This document shows positions 1 through 12,473 of a stretch of DNA of 46,489 nt, piece by piece. Both the position numbers and the translations under genes were made by a program. The notes beneath the pieces are model-generated. The model was not told where the DNA came from, did not search any database, and worked only from the letters and a program-made list of their open reading frames with translations. The DNA lies in assembly GCA_002245135.1 (NCBI GenBank), contig NGBS01001180.1, positions 62,001-108,489 of the forward strand, written 5' to 3'. Within the stretch, counting starts at the first letter, position 1. Each line of letters starts with the position of its first letter. This DNA is from Proteromonas lacertae. Lineage: Eukaryota.

Positions 1-228
1 TTTTACAAGGTATATTACCTAAATCAGTCATTCAAACTGGTATATTTGATTTAGATTATTTGATATTAGTATGCAGTTAGGTTACAGAAAATACGCAATA
101 CTAAATAGATGCTCAAGTTTTAAATCTTTAAAAGTGAGTTATTTAAGTATATTCTGCATTTCTTTTCATCCGACAAACTATACAGAAGTTTCTTCAAATT
201 ATCTATAAAATCAACAACATTGAAATAA

Positions 229-519
229 TTAATAAATGGTAATATCTTCTATTTTTTTATTCTTTATCCTAGATAATAGATAGAACAACACAAAATATCC
301 ACAGCTGTTATCTTTTCCTTGTTTTAGTATATTAAACTTGTTATTTATATTTTCATACATTATATTGTTCATATCAAATATTTCACTTATTTTATTTTTT
401 ATAATTTTAATAGAATTATCTGACAATGATGATAATGAATCATAAATTGTATAATTTATGGAATAAAGATGAATATAATCAATTTCCCACAACGTCCAAT
501 GAAAATATAGACATATCAT
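229..519 (-). pseudogene. Ulp1/CE-clan cysteine protease fragment, paralog of 21381-22715
   Basis: HWTLWEI...IYDSL...KQGKDNSCGYFVL gives the His-Asp-Gln-Cys order of CE-clan proteases and parallels HWTVWEV...IHDSM...QKGDKSCSYFAL at 21381; upstream frame broken. Confidence 0.7.
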
Positions 520-1159
520 TATCTTTAATAGATAATCCAGATAATCTAGACAGTTTTAAAAGAATGTGTGAAATACCTTCAACATCATCTTCAACATTAT
601 AATGCTAGATAACATTCTGTTTAGAATGATTTATTGAAAGGGTAATAAAAGATTTTCCATTTTTGATAATGAAGTTAGTGTAATTTGCATTTGATAAAAT
701 ATAATCAAAAACAAATACAGTATACCACATTTTTTAAACAGACATTATTTACAAGAATATTGATACAACCATAATTATATCTAATATTTCAACATATTAA
801 CATTTTCAATTAAATCTTCATTTATTTCACTATTATTAGCTTATTATCCTAACTGTTCATCAGCATTGCCATAATTTCCTGTCTTTGCATAAATAAGTCC
901 TTCTTTTATAGAATAATTCAAAAAATAAATTCAAAGAATCAAGCTTTTCTCAAGTTACAAATAGAAAAAAACGTGAAAATCTATTGAAGCTGTATGTATA
1001 TTTTATAAATAATATAGAGTTATGATTATCCTACATGATATACTTGTAAACTGGTTAATAATGTGATGTTTTTGTTTGCATGAAGGTTTATAGACAAAGC
1101 TGTTAATGAAATAATTTATTTTTCTGCAGACAAGTAAATATTGAGTTCGAAATTGGTAA

Positions 1160-1760
1160 TTACATATGAAAAATTATCATAATTCTATTATGTTAGTAGA
1201 AAGGGGTTATATTACCCCACAAAAATATAATTTTTCAGAAACAATTATTTATTTAGATAATAATATTCATCAAATTATTAATCAAAATTTAAGTAAGAAC
1301 ATTTATGTAATAACAAACAAATCATCAATTATAATAAGTATATTAAGATATAAAGTGTTAATTATATTTAATAATAGAATAATTTCATTATAAAAAGTTG
1401 TGAAAAAGAGAAAAATAATTTCTAATAATATAGGAAATTCATAGAAAATAATTATCAGATAAATCCATTAATATGCAGCTAAGCTACGATGGGGTTTAAG
1501 TAACTCCTTTAAGTTTTAGTAATAAATCCTTTTATATTTTATCTTGTAAATTACTAAATATTATTAATAGCAAAATACTTATTCAATTTATTACCGTAGT
1601 ATTAAATAAAAGAGATACAAACAGAGTAGCGAAAAAAATATGCAATGAGTTAAATGATTTATTTTTTAACGGTATTAGTTATGGTGAGTATTTGTACAGA
1701 CATGGTTGGTTCAATTGATCTTTGCAGAACATGCAATTATAAAACTGGAAAAAAGAATTG
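1160..1760 (+). pseudogene. Heavily decayed hAT-like transposase remnant
   Basis: Fragments ERGYITPQ (cf. KLGYIIPL at 15377), QLSYDG and ICTD resemble hAT motifs; many stops; no termini found. Confidence 0.3.
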
Positions 1761-2109
1761 AATTCAAACGAATTGAGTAAAATACATCATTTTCATCACA
1801 ATTAAACTATTATACTATAAATATATTATCCTTTAATTCGTTATATACAATTAACAATTTTTTGGGTTAGGGTCAATCAGAAATATTTCTATACAAAAAA
1901 GAAACAATTACCTAAAATCAGGTAATTTTGAAACTAATTATGCCTTTATGAAGTAGAACATATGATACACACACTGACAAATTTTAATTTTCTAATTCTC
2001 AATGGTTATTGATAAAAACGACTCTAAAGTCAAAAAAAAACTTAGAATATTCTAATAGTGACAACAGCTAAGAGGCATATTAATTATTTTTATTATATTA
2101 TATCATTAT

Positions 2110-3154
2110 TTGAAAAAAGAAAAAACTGATGGATATTTAAGCGTATCTATTTTTTTACAAATATCTGGATATATAATTACTTACAGCTCATTGAATAGAA
2201 AATTTAGTACTATATATTTTTATTATAGGATAATTGTCAATATATTGCCACAGCTTTTCATTACTGTTTTGTTTATCATATACTTAAATAGAAACAATAG
2301 CTACAACATGAAAATTAGTTTCTATGATGAATTTATTTTTGCCAATTTGATAATTCTTCATATACATTGCATTTCTGGTACATATCTTTACAACAACAAT
2401 TATATATCATATATCCTATATTGCTAGTATTTTATATTAACAATAAGAAACTGCTTTATTTTATACTATTATCAAGTTTCAGTGTATTTTCTTATTCTAT
2501 TTTTATCAATCCAAAAATTGATCCATTAAAAGAGTATTCATTTGTATTAAAATATATAAAGAAATATGAGCCTTACAAAAATAATTTTGAAAGTTGCATC
2601 TTACTGTTAGGTGATTCACACTTGCAGCAATGGTTTCCATCAATAATTAGAATTGCAAAATCAAAGAAATATGGAATGTTAGATAAATATTATAACACAA
2701 AAATTATTGAAAGCAAACTGTTTAATGATTAAAAGAATATTTTAATCTATTATAGCAAAATGAACCTTTTAGTAATATCCTCCTTTTACATAAATCACAT
2801 AAGATTAAATAAATTAAAAAATTTATATAAATTTAAACAAAACTTCAAAACATATATAAATATTCTTTCTAATTATACATTACGTATATATATAATTAAG
2901 GATATAGCATATCTATTTCATAACTCATTAAATTGCGTTTATTCTTTTACCAACATAAGATACTGTTTTTCAGTAATTGGAATTAATGCATCTATTGAAG
3001 AAATTCTTGTAGTATCAAATCAGAATATATTTGCACAAATAATAAAAGTATGTATATAAGATATGGTATTATTGTTTATAAAGATACTAATCATCTTACA
3101 CTGTCATTTTCAGATACTCTTACATATAATCTTAACAAATGCTTAGAGATATAA
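2110..3154 (+). pseudogene. Frameshifted acyltransferase_3-SGNH (OafA-like) paralog of 17226-19013
   Basis: GYLSVSIFLQISGYIIT, HFWYISLQQQLYIIYP, LLLGDSHLQQW and YKDTNHL split over several frames; same motif order as the intact copy. Confidence 0.8.
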
Positions 3155-3199
3155 TCACTATTTTATTACAGTAATAAAAGAGAAACAATAAATGAAAAT

Positions 3200-4198
3200 A
3201 TGTATAATTCGAGATGTATTTGTGTATGGAAATTATATGAACTATTTATAATTATTATTATATTTATACTTATTCTTGTATTTGAATCAACATTATTCAC
3301 TAATTATAAAGTAGAAAACACATTCTCAAATTTGTTAATAAAAAATAGTTGGAATGTTTCAAACATGTTTTTAAAAGCTTCTATTTTATACAATCAAAGG
3401 ATAACATACATGAATTATTTATATAACAAAATTAAAAAATATAAAGGAAATAAAAAAGCTATAATAGTTTTACTTAACTATAAGGAAATTAAACAATTCA
3501 TTAAACGTAATTTACTATTTTTGAAACAACATCATCATGATAAGATAATTTTTTTTGTTACAGAAAATAAAACTATAAATGAAGTATATTATGAAATAAA
3601 ATACAACGTGATAGATGTATCAGAGATATTCTTTAATTTTCCTTATTTATTTAATGAATCAGCTTTTACACCTAATTTTATCAGAAGAGGGAAATGGAAT
3701 TATCAACATATGTGTAGATTTTTTTTTAGAGATATATTTCTTCATTCATATTTAAGAGATGTAGAATTCTTAATGAGGCTTGATTCAGAATCTTTTATTA
3801 ATACTACATCAAATTTATTTAATCTGATGGGAAATAAATATGTGTATATGCATAATAAAGTGCTAAATGATGCAAAACCAGTTGTTAATGAATTAAAAGA
3901 GTTTACAGAGTCACTAGTAAAAGTTACTAATATCAAAGCCAAAGATGAAATTAGTTTTAGTAAAACATTTCATAAAACTTCATTAATATATTATAATAAC
4001 TTTGAAATATGTAAGATGAGTTTCTTTAGATCAAAGGAAATGTTTAAATTTGTTAATTTAATTGATTTAAGTTATGGGCAGTTTATTTATAGATGGGGAG
4101 ATGCTCCACTAAGATATATTAGTTTATCTTTGTTTGCAGATAATAAATCAAAAATTCCTCTTCCTTCTAAAGTAAAATATTGCCATAAGCATTGCTAG
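3200..4198 (+). CDS. GT15 (KRE2/MNT1-like) alpha-1,2-mannosyltransferase-like, type II membrane protein
   Basis: N-terminal hydrophobic anchor; YQHMCRFF, MRLDSES, YYNNFEI and YRWGDAP motifs typical of GT15. Confidence 0.85.
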   Translation: MYNSRCICVWKLYELFIIIIIFILILVFESTLFTNYKVENTFSNLLIKNSWNVSNMFLKASILYNQRITYMNYLYNKIKKYKGNKKAIIVLLNYKEIKQFIKRNLLFLKQHHHDKIIFFVTENKTINEVYYEIKYNVIDVSEIFFNFPYLFNESAFTPNFIRRGKWNYQHMCRFFFRDIFLHSYLRDVEFLMRLDSESFINTTSNLFNLMGNKYVYMHNKVLNDAKPVVNELKEFTESLVKVTNIKAKDEISFSKTFHKTSLIYYNNFEICKMSFFRSKEMFKFVNLIDLSYGQFIYRWGDAPLRYISLSLFADNKSKIPLPSKVKYCHKHC

Positions 4199-4209
4199 AA
4201 TATGAATTG

Positions 4210-5406
4210 TTATTTTCCATAAAGATATATATTTGAATTATTATGAAACAATAATTCAAACTTATTATAGATACTATTCAAATGTATTTCTAAATAATCT
4301 AAAGATCTATCTACTATATTAGTTTTGCACTGATATCCTCTAAATCTTGTATGTCTTACATAACCGCTTGTTATGTTTATTACCTTTATTTTTATAGGAA
4401 GTATAGCTTCAGAATATTTATGTACATTAAGAATAGAAAACTTATTAAGATTTCCAACAATATATTTTTCATATCCCCTTTCAATTATACAACATTTTAT
4501 ATATTTTGTAATTGAATTATATCTTAGAGATTTGTAAGGAAACAGAATAGAACGAAATACATACATATCACTTTTTGAGTTATCTAAATTGTGTAAAAAT
4601 GATAAGTAATTTTTATTTTTAACAGGATATATTAATTCATCTATATCATTAAATATAATGAATTTTGTATAATTCATAAAGCGGTATAATATTTCATTTA
4701 TTTTTTCAACTTGACCAGTTTCATGTACAAACCGAATTTCTTTATTAAAGCAAAAAGGTATTAATTCAACAAATTTTGTTTTTACATAATGAAATAGAAT
4801 TGATTTAATAAAATAAGATGATGATGTTACATGAATTACAATATGTTCTACACCATATAGTTTTGATATTTCAATTATATCAATTATTTGTTTGTAATTT
4901 TTAATTTGATGAAAATTAACAATGGATAATATTATATTATATATTCCTTTAGGTTTATAAAAGAGAAGAGGAATTACATTGTTGTTAATTTTTACATTTT
5001 TTGGAGATTCATTTAATTCATTATAAGTTATAAATAATGATATGTATGTTAAATTGCTATGTTTATTTATATTATATAATCTCTTAGCAGTGATTCTACA
5101 TGAAATAATTAACCTATTAAATATAATGTTGCAAGAAAAATTGTAGTTCTTTAATGGATTTGAAACACCAATTAGAATTATTCTATTGTTATTAATTCTA
5201 TTTGAAGAATAAATAAATATTTCATTGTTTATACTTGCTAAGTGTTGATAATTACATGTATAGCTCTTTTCCAAAAACAAATCTTCTACATTTTTATATA
5301 AATATATAAACATAGAAATAGTGAAATGTAAAATAAAATAAAAGGCTAAATAGTATATAATCATACAATTAATGCTAATAATATATACTATCATATTCTT
5401 CTCCAA
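4210..5406 (-). CDS. GT92/DUF23-like glycosyltransferase
   Basis: N-terminal TM; IEISKLYGVEHIVIH, GQVEKINEILYR, FIIFNDIDELIYP (DxD), KYIV...VH. Confidence 0.75.
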   Translation of the reverse strand: MEKNMIVYIISINCMIIYYLAFYFILHFTISMFIYLYKNVEDLFLEKSYTCNYQHLASINNEIFIYSSNRINNNRIILIGVSNPLKNYNFSCNIIFNRLIISCRITAKRLYNINKHSNLTYISLFITYNELNESPKNVKINNNVIPLLFYKPKGIYNIILSIVNFHQIKNYKQIIDIIEISKLYGVEHIVIHVTSSSYFIKSILFHYVKTKFVELIPFCFNKEIRFVHETGQVEKINEILYRFMNYTKFIIFNDIDELIYPVKNKNYLSFLHNLDNSKSDMYVFRSILFPYKSLRYNSITKYIKCCIIERGYEKYIVGNLNKFSILNVHKYSEAILPIKIKVINITSGYVRHTRFRGYQCKTNIVDRSLDYLEIHLNSIYNKFELLFHNNSNIYLYGK

Positions 5407-6333
5407 AATATTGTGATATTTCTAAAACTACACCTTATATTATTAATTTTTCCTGATTTTATTATGTATACATTTTCTTGATTCTCATCCAACAGTATTC
5501 CAGATTTAAGAATAGCTGTCAATCCATATGTACTTTCTGATATTGCAAATAAGCTTGACTTGGATAATATTTCATGTTCAACAATTATTCTAGAATATAA
5601 AACAACATTATAATTCTTTTTAGAAAATGACTCCTTCAGTTTGTATGAATCACTAGTCAAAAATATTTCATTACGCTTAGATGCTTTAATAGATATATTC
5701 ATTATCAAATTAACATCATTGGTATTACTATATTCATTTTCTTTTAAATCTGCATTTCCTACCCTAATTTGAACGCCCATGTAATACTTAAGATTATATT
5801 TAGTTAGGAATTTCATTAACAAGCTATTTTTTAACTTTAAAAGCTTTATTAGTATTATATGATATATAGAGAAAATAGTTTCTCTTTTCTTTTTATAGCA
5901 TTTCATCATCAAATATTGAATTATCTTTTTCTTTGAAACTTGATAGTTTGTTACAGTGAATAATATATCACACCAAATATACGATAAATATATATTTTTA
6001 TCACCGTTAATTGATGCGAATTTATTTATGTCAAAAGGACACAAAGAATGTCTATTTGCTTTAGTTATTGCAGATGAAGTAATATTATACTTTGGAACAT
6101 AATAAAACAAATTAAATTCTTTCCAGTTTTCAACTATATTATTACATTACTTATAATATTGATAGGTTTAGAATCAAAAATAATGGAAATTGTATCATAT
6201 TAATATTAGTCTCTTTATTGCTATTTTTAAACATTTGAATTGTGGCGTATATATTATCTGTATGAACTTTAATTTTAATTACATACAATAAAAATAAAAA
6301 TACAAACATTACAAAAAACATAAATATAATCAT
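5391..6333 (-). pseudogene. Fucosyltransferase-like (GT-B, GT23/GT37-like) gene, apparently decayed
   Basis: TM-encoding ORF 6151-6333 plus GVQIRVG, IFLTSDS and STYG motifs; lacks the GLGN segment seen in the neighbouring paralog. Confidence 0.55.
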
Positions 6334-6373
6334 TGTTATAACTATTCTATATTTAATAATTACTTAATAACAC

Positions 6374-7426
6374 ATATATAAGTTTTTCTTTTGTTTATCA
6401 TATTTATTACTAATATTACTCTATGCTTTAAATAGTTTTATACCCACTACAAAATACTCTAATTCCAAAATTAAATATTATGTTAAATATCAATCATACT
6501 TAACACAAGTTTTCTATAAATCCAAAAAAGGCTTAGCATTTTACGATAAAGTTCATTTAGGAGTAAAATAGTATATTATACTTATAGGGATTAGGTAATT
6601 CAATGCTTCAAATAATTAGTTCTATATTTGTTTCATTATTATCAGGAAGATCATTATTCAGTATATTTTATATATATTATCTTTAGTAACTTATAAAAAA
6701 TTATGGGGTTATTTTGATATGCCTATTGGGTTTTTTGCAGTTAACTTCACCAATGTAACTTATTTTTCACATGGTGTTATGGCACTAAAGTCTAAATATA
6801 AAATCATTGGAGCAAATAAACATTGGTATTCTACTGAACAAATTCTACTATATAAAAAGTACAATAAATTAATAATAGATAAAGGATTTTTAGATACGAT
6901 TTATTCTGATATAGTAATTAATATAAGAGAAATCAATAGAAAGATTTGTAATGTATATTTTAAACCATCGTCAACATACAATCATATTATACGTGACAGG
7001 TTTAAATATAGGTTCAATATATTAGTGGATGAAAAATACATGGCAGTACATTTAAGAGTTGGTGATGCTGATAATAACCCATTGAAAAACTATCTTAATA
7101 TAACAATTATAAGATCAGTTATGCAATTATTAGCCTCAAAAAGTATATACAAAATTATACTTCTTTCAGATTCTAACTCAATTAAAAAGCTAATAAAAAC
7201 AGAGATAATTAATAACATTTACACGGACTATTCATTACCATGCCATAGTAGAAACTCTAAGTGCTTAAATCAATCCTTAGAAGATATTATGATGATGAAA
7301 AATGCTGACTCACTTTTATTGACTAGAGGTAGTACATTTTCATTATTTGGTTCATATTTTTGTAAGTGTAAAAATGAGAATATAAATTTTGTTGGATATA
7401 ATTATAATCATAAAAATTATTACTAA
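6374..7426 (+). CDS. Fucosyltransferase-like (GT23/GT37-like) gene with introns 6563-6587 and 6661-6686
   Basis: Removing the 25- and 26-nt GT-AG introns gives TM...HLG-GLGNSMLQIISSIFVSLLSGR...AVHLRVGD...LLSDS...RGSTFS in one frame; the apparent start is ATA rather than ATG, so possibly a pseudogene. Confidence 0.7.
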
Positions 7427-7438
7427 TACAGTGAAATG

Positions 7439-8185
7439 TTAGTCAATATAGAAACCTGACACATATTTACAAAGAGCATTTTCAATTATAGATTTATTCT
7501 TTATACCAGTAACATATATATGTATATTTTGTTTAAATAGTAAATATAACTTATTGCGATATGAATAGAATATATTTGACGGAATTACTATTCCAAAGAT
7601 AGTCATATTTTTTAATATGAAAGAAATAAAATTATCCAAATCATGCAATGTTTTTATGCTTAACAAAGTATTTTTAAATCCTTTATTTCTGGACAAAAAG
7701 AAGTAGTAATAAGATGGTACTTCAACATATAATCTATCAATTAATATACTATATTTCTTTAGTAATATATAGTTTGTAATTTTATCTGTCACAATAATAA
7801 TGTCTTTATATTCAGATAATAGACTATAAATCATATAATCATAAATAGGATGATATTTATTTAGGATTTTAGAGTGTATTATATAATTAAAGTTGAAAAC
7901 ATTGCTGTTATTATAATTTGTATAATTCTTATACATACATAAATCATGGCCTCCAACAATATGCTTGTTATTTGTAACAAATATATCTATTTCAATTAAT
8001 CTAAATCCTCTAAGGTAGGAATTTTTAAATGCTTCTAGACAGTTAGTGTATTTATGTGACTCAATTAATCCGCATCCATGAGCAATATTTCCGCAATTTT
8101 TATATAAATTAGTATTACTAAAATGTATAAAATCAAAGAATAATGTAAATGAAACAAAAATCATATATATTACTATTATCTTCAT
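7439..8185 (-). CDS. Glycerophosphodiester phosphodiesterase (GDPD)-like protein
   Basis: N-terminal anchor; IAHGCG, YTNCLEAF, GFRLIEIDI, GGHD, IVTDK. Confidence 0.8.
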   Translation of the reverse strand: MKIIVIYMIFVSFTLFFDFIHFSNTNLYKNCGNIAHGCGLIESHKYTNCLEAFKNSYLRGFRLIEIDIFVTNNKHIVGGHDLCMYKNYTNYNNSNVFNFNYIIHSKILNKYHPIYDYMIYSLLSEYKDIIIVTDKITNYILLKKYSILIDRLYVEVPSYYYFFLSRNKGFKNTLLSIKTLHDLDNFISFILKNMTIFGIVIPSNIFYSYRNKLYLLFKQNIHIYVTGIKNKSIIENALCKYVSGFYID

Positions 8186-8500
8186 ATTATCACTTTAATT
8201 AAAGTTTTGTCTTATTTCACAAATCAGTAGTGTTATTTGTTGTGTATTGCAAAATTTTGGTTGTTTATATTAATATATGTAATATAGCTATACTATGATA
8301 ATGTCTTTTTCACTAATATTATTACCACCAATTTACGTATTTCTACCAATAATTTCCCCCTAAAAGATATAACTTTAATAGCTTCTACATCTTTCTTCTA
8401 TCATATAGAAGAAAGAAGAATAAGTTATGCGAAAAGATCCTTTCAAGTAAATTCAACAGTTTGAATATAAGATTAGATTTTGATAAATATTATTCAATAA

Positions 8501-9870
8501 ATGAATTTAATATTTATTTCCTCTTCTTTAGTATTATTTATGATAATATTATATAAGAATTTTCAATTTTATAATAAAAGAATTTCATTCTTTAAAAAGA
8601 ATAGTTTCTGTACAAGTATGTTGGGATATACTAAATACATTAGTGAAAAGAATTTATGTGAATTACCTTGTTACAAAAAGTCACTTATAGAAATACCAAA
8701 TAAAACGTATGGAACATGTTGCTCTTCATTAAATGTTAATTACAGTATAAAAGGTAATTTTATAAACTTTTCTGATAATGGATATTTATTTTTTATTAAT
8801 TATAACAAACCTAAAGGCTTTATTGATAAAATAATAAAAATACAAGTATATTTATAAAATAATAATTAAACAGAAAAATCATGATATATTCCTTGAGACA
8901 GAAGTGATTGAATATAGGAGAATAAAGTCAAATAGAATTAATTTCTATTTTCTACACTTTATTCCTATTGCTAATAATATAAAAAGAGAAGAAAGTTATT
9001 CCGTAATACTATATTTATTTGATGCAGCATCTAGATATGTATTTAGGAAACAAATGGCTCAAACAATAAATACTTTAAAGAATGTAAGAAAAGAAAATAA
9101 TATTTATGAAATGCTTAGATATCATTCAGTTGGACCTAGATCACACCACAATTATTTACCTTTATTCTACGGAACTAATGATATTAAAGATAAACACAAA
9201 ATTATATTTAAAGATTTCGAGGAGAAAGGATATATTTCGATTGCTTTACTTCAAGATTGTCATAATCATACAAACATGTATGGCAATACATCATATAATG
9301 GATCTAATCATAATATTATATTAGGTTGCGAATTTGAATGGAAATTTTTATATGGTAGTAAACCAAGATGTTTAGGTAATAAACAATACCATCAATTGTA
9401 TCTAGATTATCTAACAGAATCAGTAACATATTATAATAATAAATCAAATCCATACATATCTTACATATCTTTCATGGAGCCACATGAAGATAAACAAATA
9501 TCTCTCTTAAGAGTAGATAAAGATTTTTCTGATCATTTGAAATATTTAAACAACAAAAGAATTTTAAAGAATACAATATTAATAATGTTAGGGGATCATG
9601 GAATAAATTATGGCAAATATTTTAGAACAGAAGTACTTTTTTATTTATTATATTATAGTTTGGATATATTGACAGATCACTTCCTTTTCTAAATGTAATT
9701 GTACCCCAAAAATTGTGTAAAGATCATAAAAGATTATGTGAATCATTACATACTAATCAAAATAGATTTGTAACAAATTATGAGGTTTATAATACGCTCA
9801 AATCAATTTCAAGCAATATGGGTATAAATCTAAAAATAATTATTAAGACATATTATATAATTCAAAGTTG
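8501..9870 (+). CDS. DUF229 / alkaline-phosphatase-superfamily (sulfatase-like) protein; introns 8846-8873, 9633-9658, possibly 9822-9847
   Basis: 28- and 26-nt GT-AG introns join the ORFs in frame; LFDAASR, YHSVG, EPHED, MLGDHG, RSLPFL, NQNRFVT motifs; 3' end uncertain. Confidence 0.75.
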
Positions 9871-10782
9871 AGGCTGCTTTAATGAGTTTGATATATTAAA
9901 AGCAGAACCTGAATGGTTTATAGATTTTGAGTGATTAATGTAGTATAAAAAAGATTGTGGAATAGATTCTGTTGAAATATACCAATCTATATGGTGAGAT
10001 ATATATGGCGATAATGACCTATAAGATTTCTTAAATTGTCTTTTAAATTTTGTATTTCTCTTTCTCATACCAAATATTGTATCTATATCTGCTTCAACAA
10101 GCGAATAATAATTATATTTGTATAACACATCATAATGATTTGTTGATATATAACGAGTTTCAAATTTATATACTTTTCTATAATCAGGAAAATATGTAGA
10201 AATATCATTTACCATCAATGATGGACCTATTACATTGACATCACAATTCGTTAATACTGTACTATAAAAATCAAATATGTTGTAAGGAATATTAACTAGA
10301 ATGACATCTATATCAGATAGGATATAGTATTTTATAAATTTATATATATTAAGATATTTAGTTATTATTATAGGAACTTCTTTGTCTATGGCAATTTTCC
10401 AATCTGATTCTTTGAGATAATGAACTTTTATATGTAACTTTTCTTTTAAATAACTATAAAAATGGAGTAATGGTTTATATGTGGTAAAATGATCCAAAAT
10501 TATAATTATTAAATTTATAGTCTTTTTGTATATTAACCAATACTTCAAAGAATAATATGTAGCATATAATCTATCTCTAGAAAGAAGAAAAACTAAAAGA
10601 TATGATATATGTATTTCATTCAATGGATATTTACAATTTATAGAATTTAATTTATTCATATTCAGATTATCAAATTCTTTTATTTCTTCAAACAGATTAT
10701 TAGGATAGACTTGTATATAATCAATAAAATGAAATGTAAATATAATACATAAAATGAAGAAAATATATATTAAAAAATCCAT
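9862..10782 (-). CDS. GT2-like (GT-A fold) glycosyltransferase
   Basis: N-terminal TM; SRDR, IIILDH, YILSDIDV (DxD), ADIDTIF, HIDWY. Confidence 0.6.
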   Translation of the reverse strand: MDFLIYIFFILCIIFTFHFIDYIQVYPNNLFEEIKEFDNLNMNKLNSINCKYPLNEIHISYLLVFLLSRDRLYATYYSLKYWLIYKKTINLIIIILDHFTTYKPLLHFYSYLKEKLHIKVHYLKESDWKIAIDKEVPIIITKYLNIYKFIKYYILSDIDVILVNIPYNIFDFYSTVLTNCDVNVIGPSLMVNDISTYFPDYRKVYKFETRYISTNHYDVLYKYNYYSLVEADIDTIFGMRKRNTKFKRQFKKSYRSLSPYISHHIDWYISTESIPQSFLYYINHSKSINHSGSAFNISNSLKQPQL

Positions 10783-10898
10783 ATAATAAGTCAGACTAAA
10801 GTAAATAATAGTAATTGATATATTTATTATTTATTCTGAATTATCAAAAATGTAAATATTAAAAGTTATGAAGATTTTAATAGTAATACGAATTAATC

Positions 10899-11040
10899 TT
10901 AGGTGGTTTAAAATCAACAAGTTCTATTGTAGAAATAATGAATTTAAAGCAAAATCAGCTAGTACTAGATGTTGGATGAGGATGATGAGTATGGACACTA
11001 CATAGTATCAGCAAATATGATAAATGTGGCACTACATAGA
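10899..11040 (+). pseudogene. Class I SAM methyltransferase remnant
   Basis: One frame reads LGGLKSTSSIVEIMNLKQNQLVLDVG*G**, resembling motif I (VLDVGCG) destroyed by stops. Confidence 0.35.
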
Positions 11041-11249
11041 GGCGAGTATAATTGCGTATATATTTTATATATAATATAGTGAATATAGAATATTAAGAAA
11101 ATAATTTGATATTATATACAATAGAGAATCATTAATATACAAATGGTTAAAACCTGATGTTACACTGCAATGAATAAAAAGAATAATATCTATCTATGTT
11201 GATGTTCTTTAGTTTAGCGCCTAAAAAGAATAATGTATAATATCCACAT

Positions 11250-11619
11250 GCAATTACTTCTTTTTCATTTTGTTTTACTGCTGTTTTAATAATATAATAT
11301 TCTTCTTCATAATATGATCTAAAAAAGTATGCTATTCTAGTACTTATGGATCATTTGACTTTGTAATGTTTACATAATAACAAGCATACTTTAATCTGTA
11401 AAACTGGTAATGTAACAACAAATCTACATAATTTTGATTAAATCACTCATTAATATAATATCAAGTTCATCTACATGTGTTTGAATATTCGCATTCATTA
11501 TTATGAACATCACTATAGATGAACTACCTAAATCATTCTTATATTATATAAATCATACAAAACAAATAAATCATTCTGGATCAGCATTTAATTATTCATC
11601 TTCATTAAAACAGCCATAA
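11250..11619 (+). pseudogene. Internally deleted, inverted paralog of the 9862-10782 glycosyltransferase
   Basis: 3' end reads LPKSFLYYINHTKQINHSGSAFNYSSSLKQP* versus IPQSFLYYINHSKSINHSGSAFNISNSLKQP; also ILVLMDHLT versus IIILDHFT. Confidence 0.75.
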
Positions 11620-11671
11620 TAAGCATAATAAGTAATACTTATTCACCATTTATATAAATGATAATGTAGGA

Positions 11672-12424
11672 TTACATTATTGTTCTTAAATGATGATTGC
11701 AATCTGGAGGGTACGGAATAGTATGGTTTGGTTTTCCAAATAATATACCCCAATAAAATTCCATATATACAGCTGCTCTTTTATTTGATGAAAGATTATT
11801 TATATATAAATTAATATTTTCAATTACATATAAAGTTAATTGCATTCTTAAAGATTGATATAATTTATATTTATTTCTATTAAGTGCAATTTGTGAAACA
11901 AAAAATGTTGCACAACACGGAAGAAGTATATTCACATCTTTTAGCGACTTTGTAATTATATTTTTGTTCATTAAATAAGTCTCTACGCCAGAAGTCCATA
12001 ATTCTATAAAATGATTACTTTTACAACTTTTTAGATATATGCAGTATATACCACCATAATTATTTTCATAAAAATAGTTTTTAGATGTAATGTAATCTAT
12101 TCTATTCCAAAAATTTTGATAATAATGATGAGATATATCATGTCCTTGACAAAATATATATTTATCAGCTAAAGGTTTATAATATACACGCATTATAAAA
12201 TCTAATATTAATCCGGCTTCATACATATCTTTATAATTTGAATCATTGTTGCATCTTAATTCATAAACAGGATATTTAGAAAGATGTATTGAAAATTTTG
12301 ATTTGCCGCATATTACATATACAATTAAAATAGATATTAAGTTGTTATTACATTGAAATTTTTTTATGTAAATAATATTAGATATTAACAATAAAAGAAA
12401 CATAAAACAACTGTAAAGTAACAT
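11672..12424 (-). CDS. DUF3431-family membrane-anchored protein
   Basis: TM; YEAG...YIFCQGH..SHH, PCCATFFVS, MEFYWGILFG; paralog of 19082-19802. Confidence 0.7.
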   Translation of the reverse strand: MLLYSCFMFLLLLISNIIYIKKFQCNNNLISILIVYVICGKSKFSIHLSKYPVYELRCNNDSNYKDMYEAGLILDFIMRVYYKPLADKYIFCQGHDISHHYYQNFWNRIDYITSKNYFYENNYGGIYCIYLKSCKSNHFIELWTSGVETYLMNKNIITKSLKDVNILLPCCATFFVSQIALNRNKYKLYQSLRMQLTLYVIENINLYINNLSSNKRAAVYMEFYWGILFGKPNHTIPYPPDCNHHLRTIM

Positions 12425-12473
12425 AAAGAGAATATTGCTATATTGTTAAATAGCAGAAAATTGAACCTATTAT

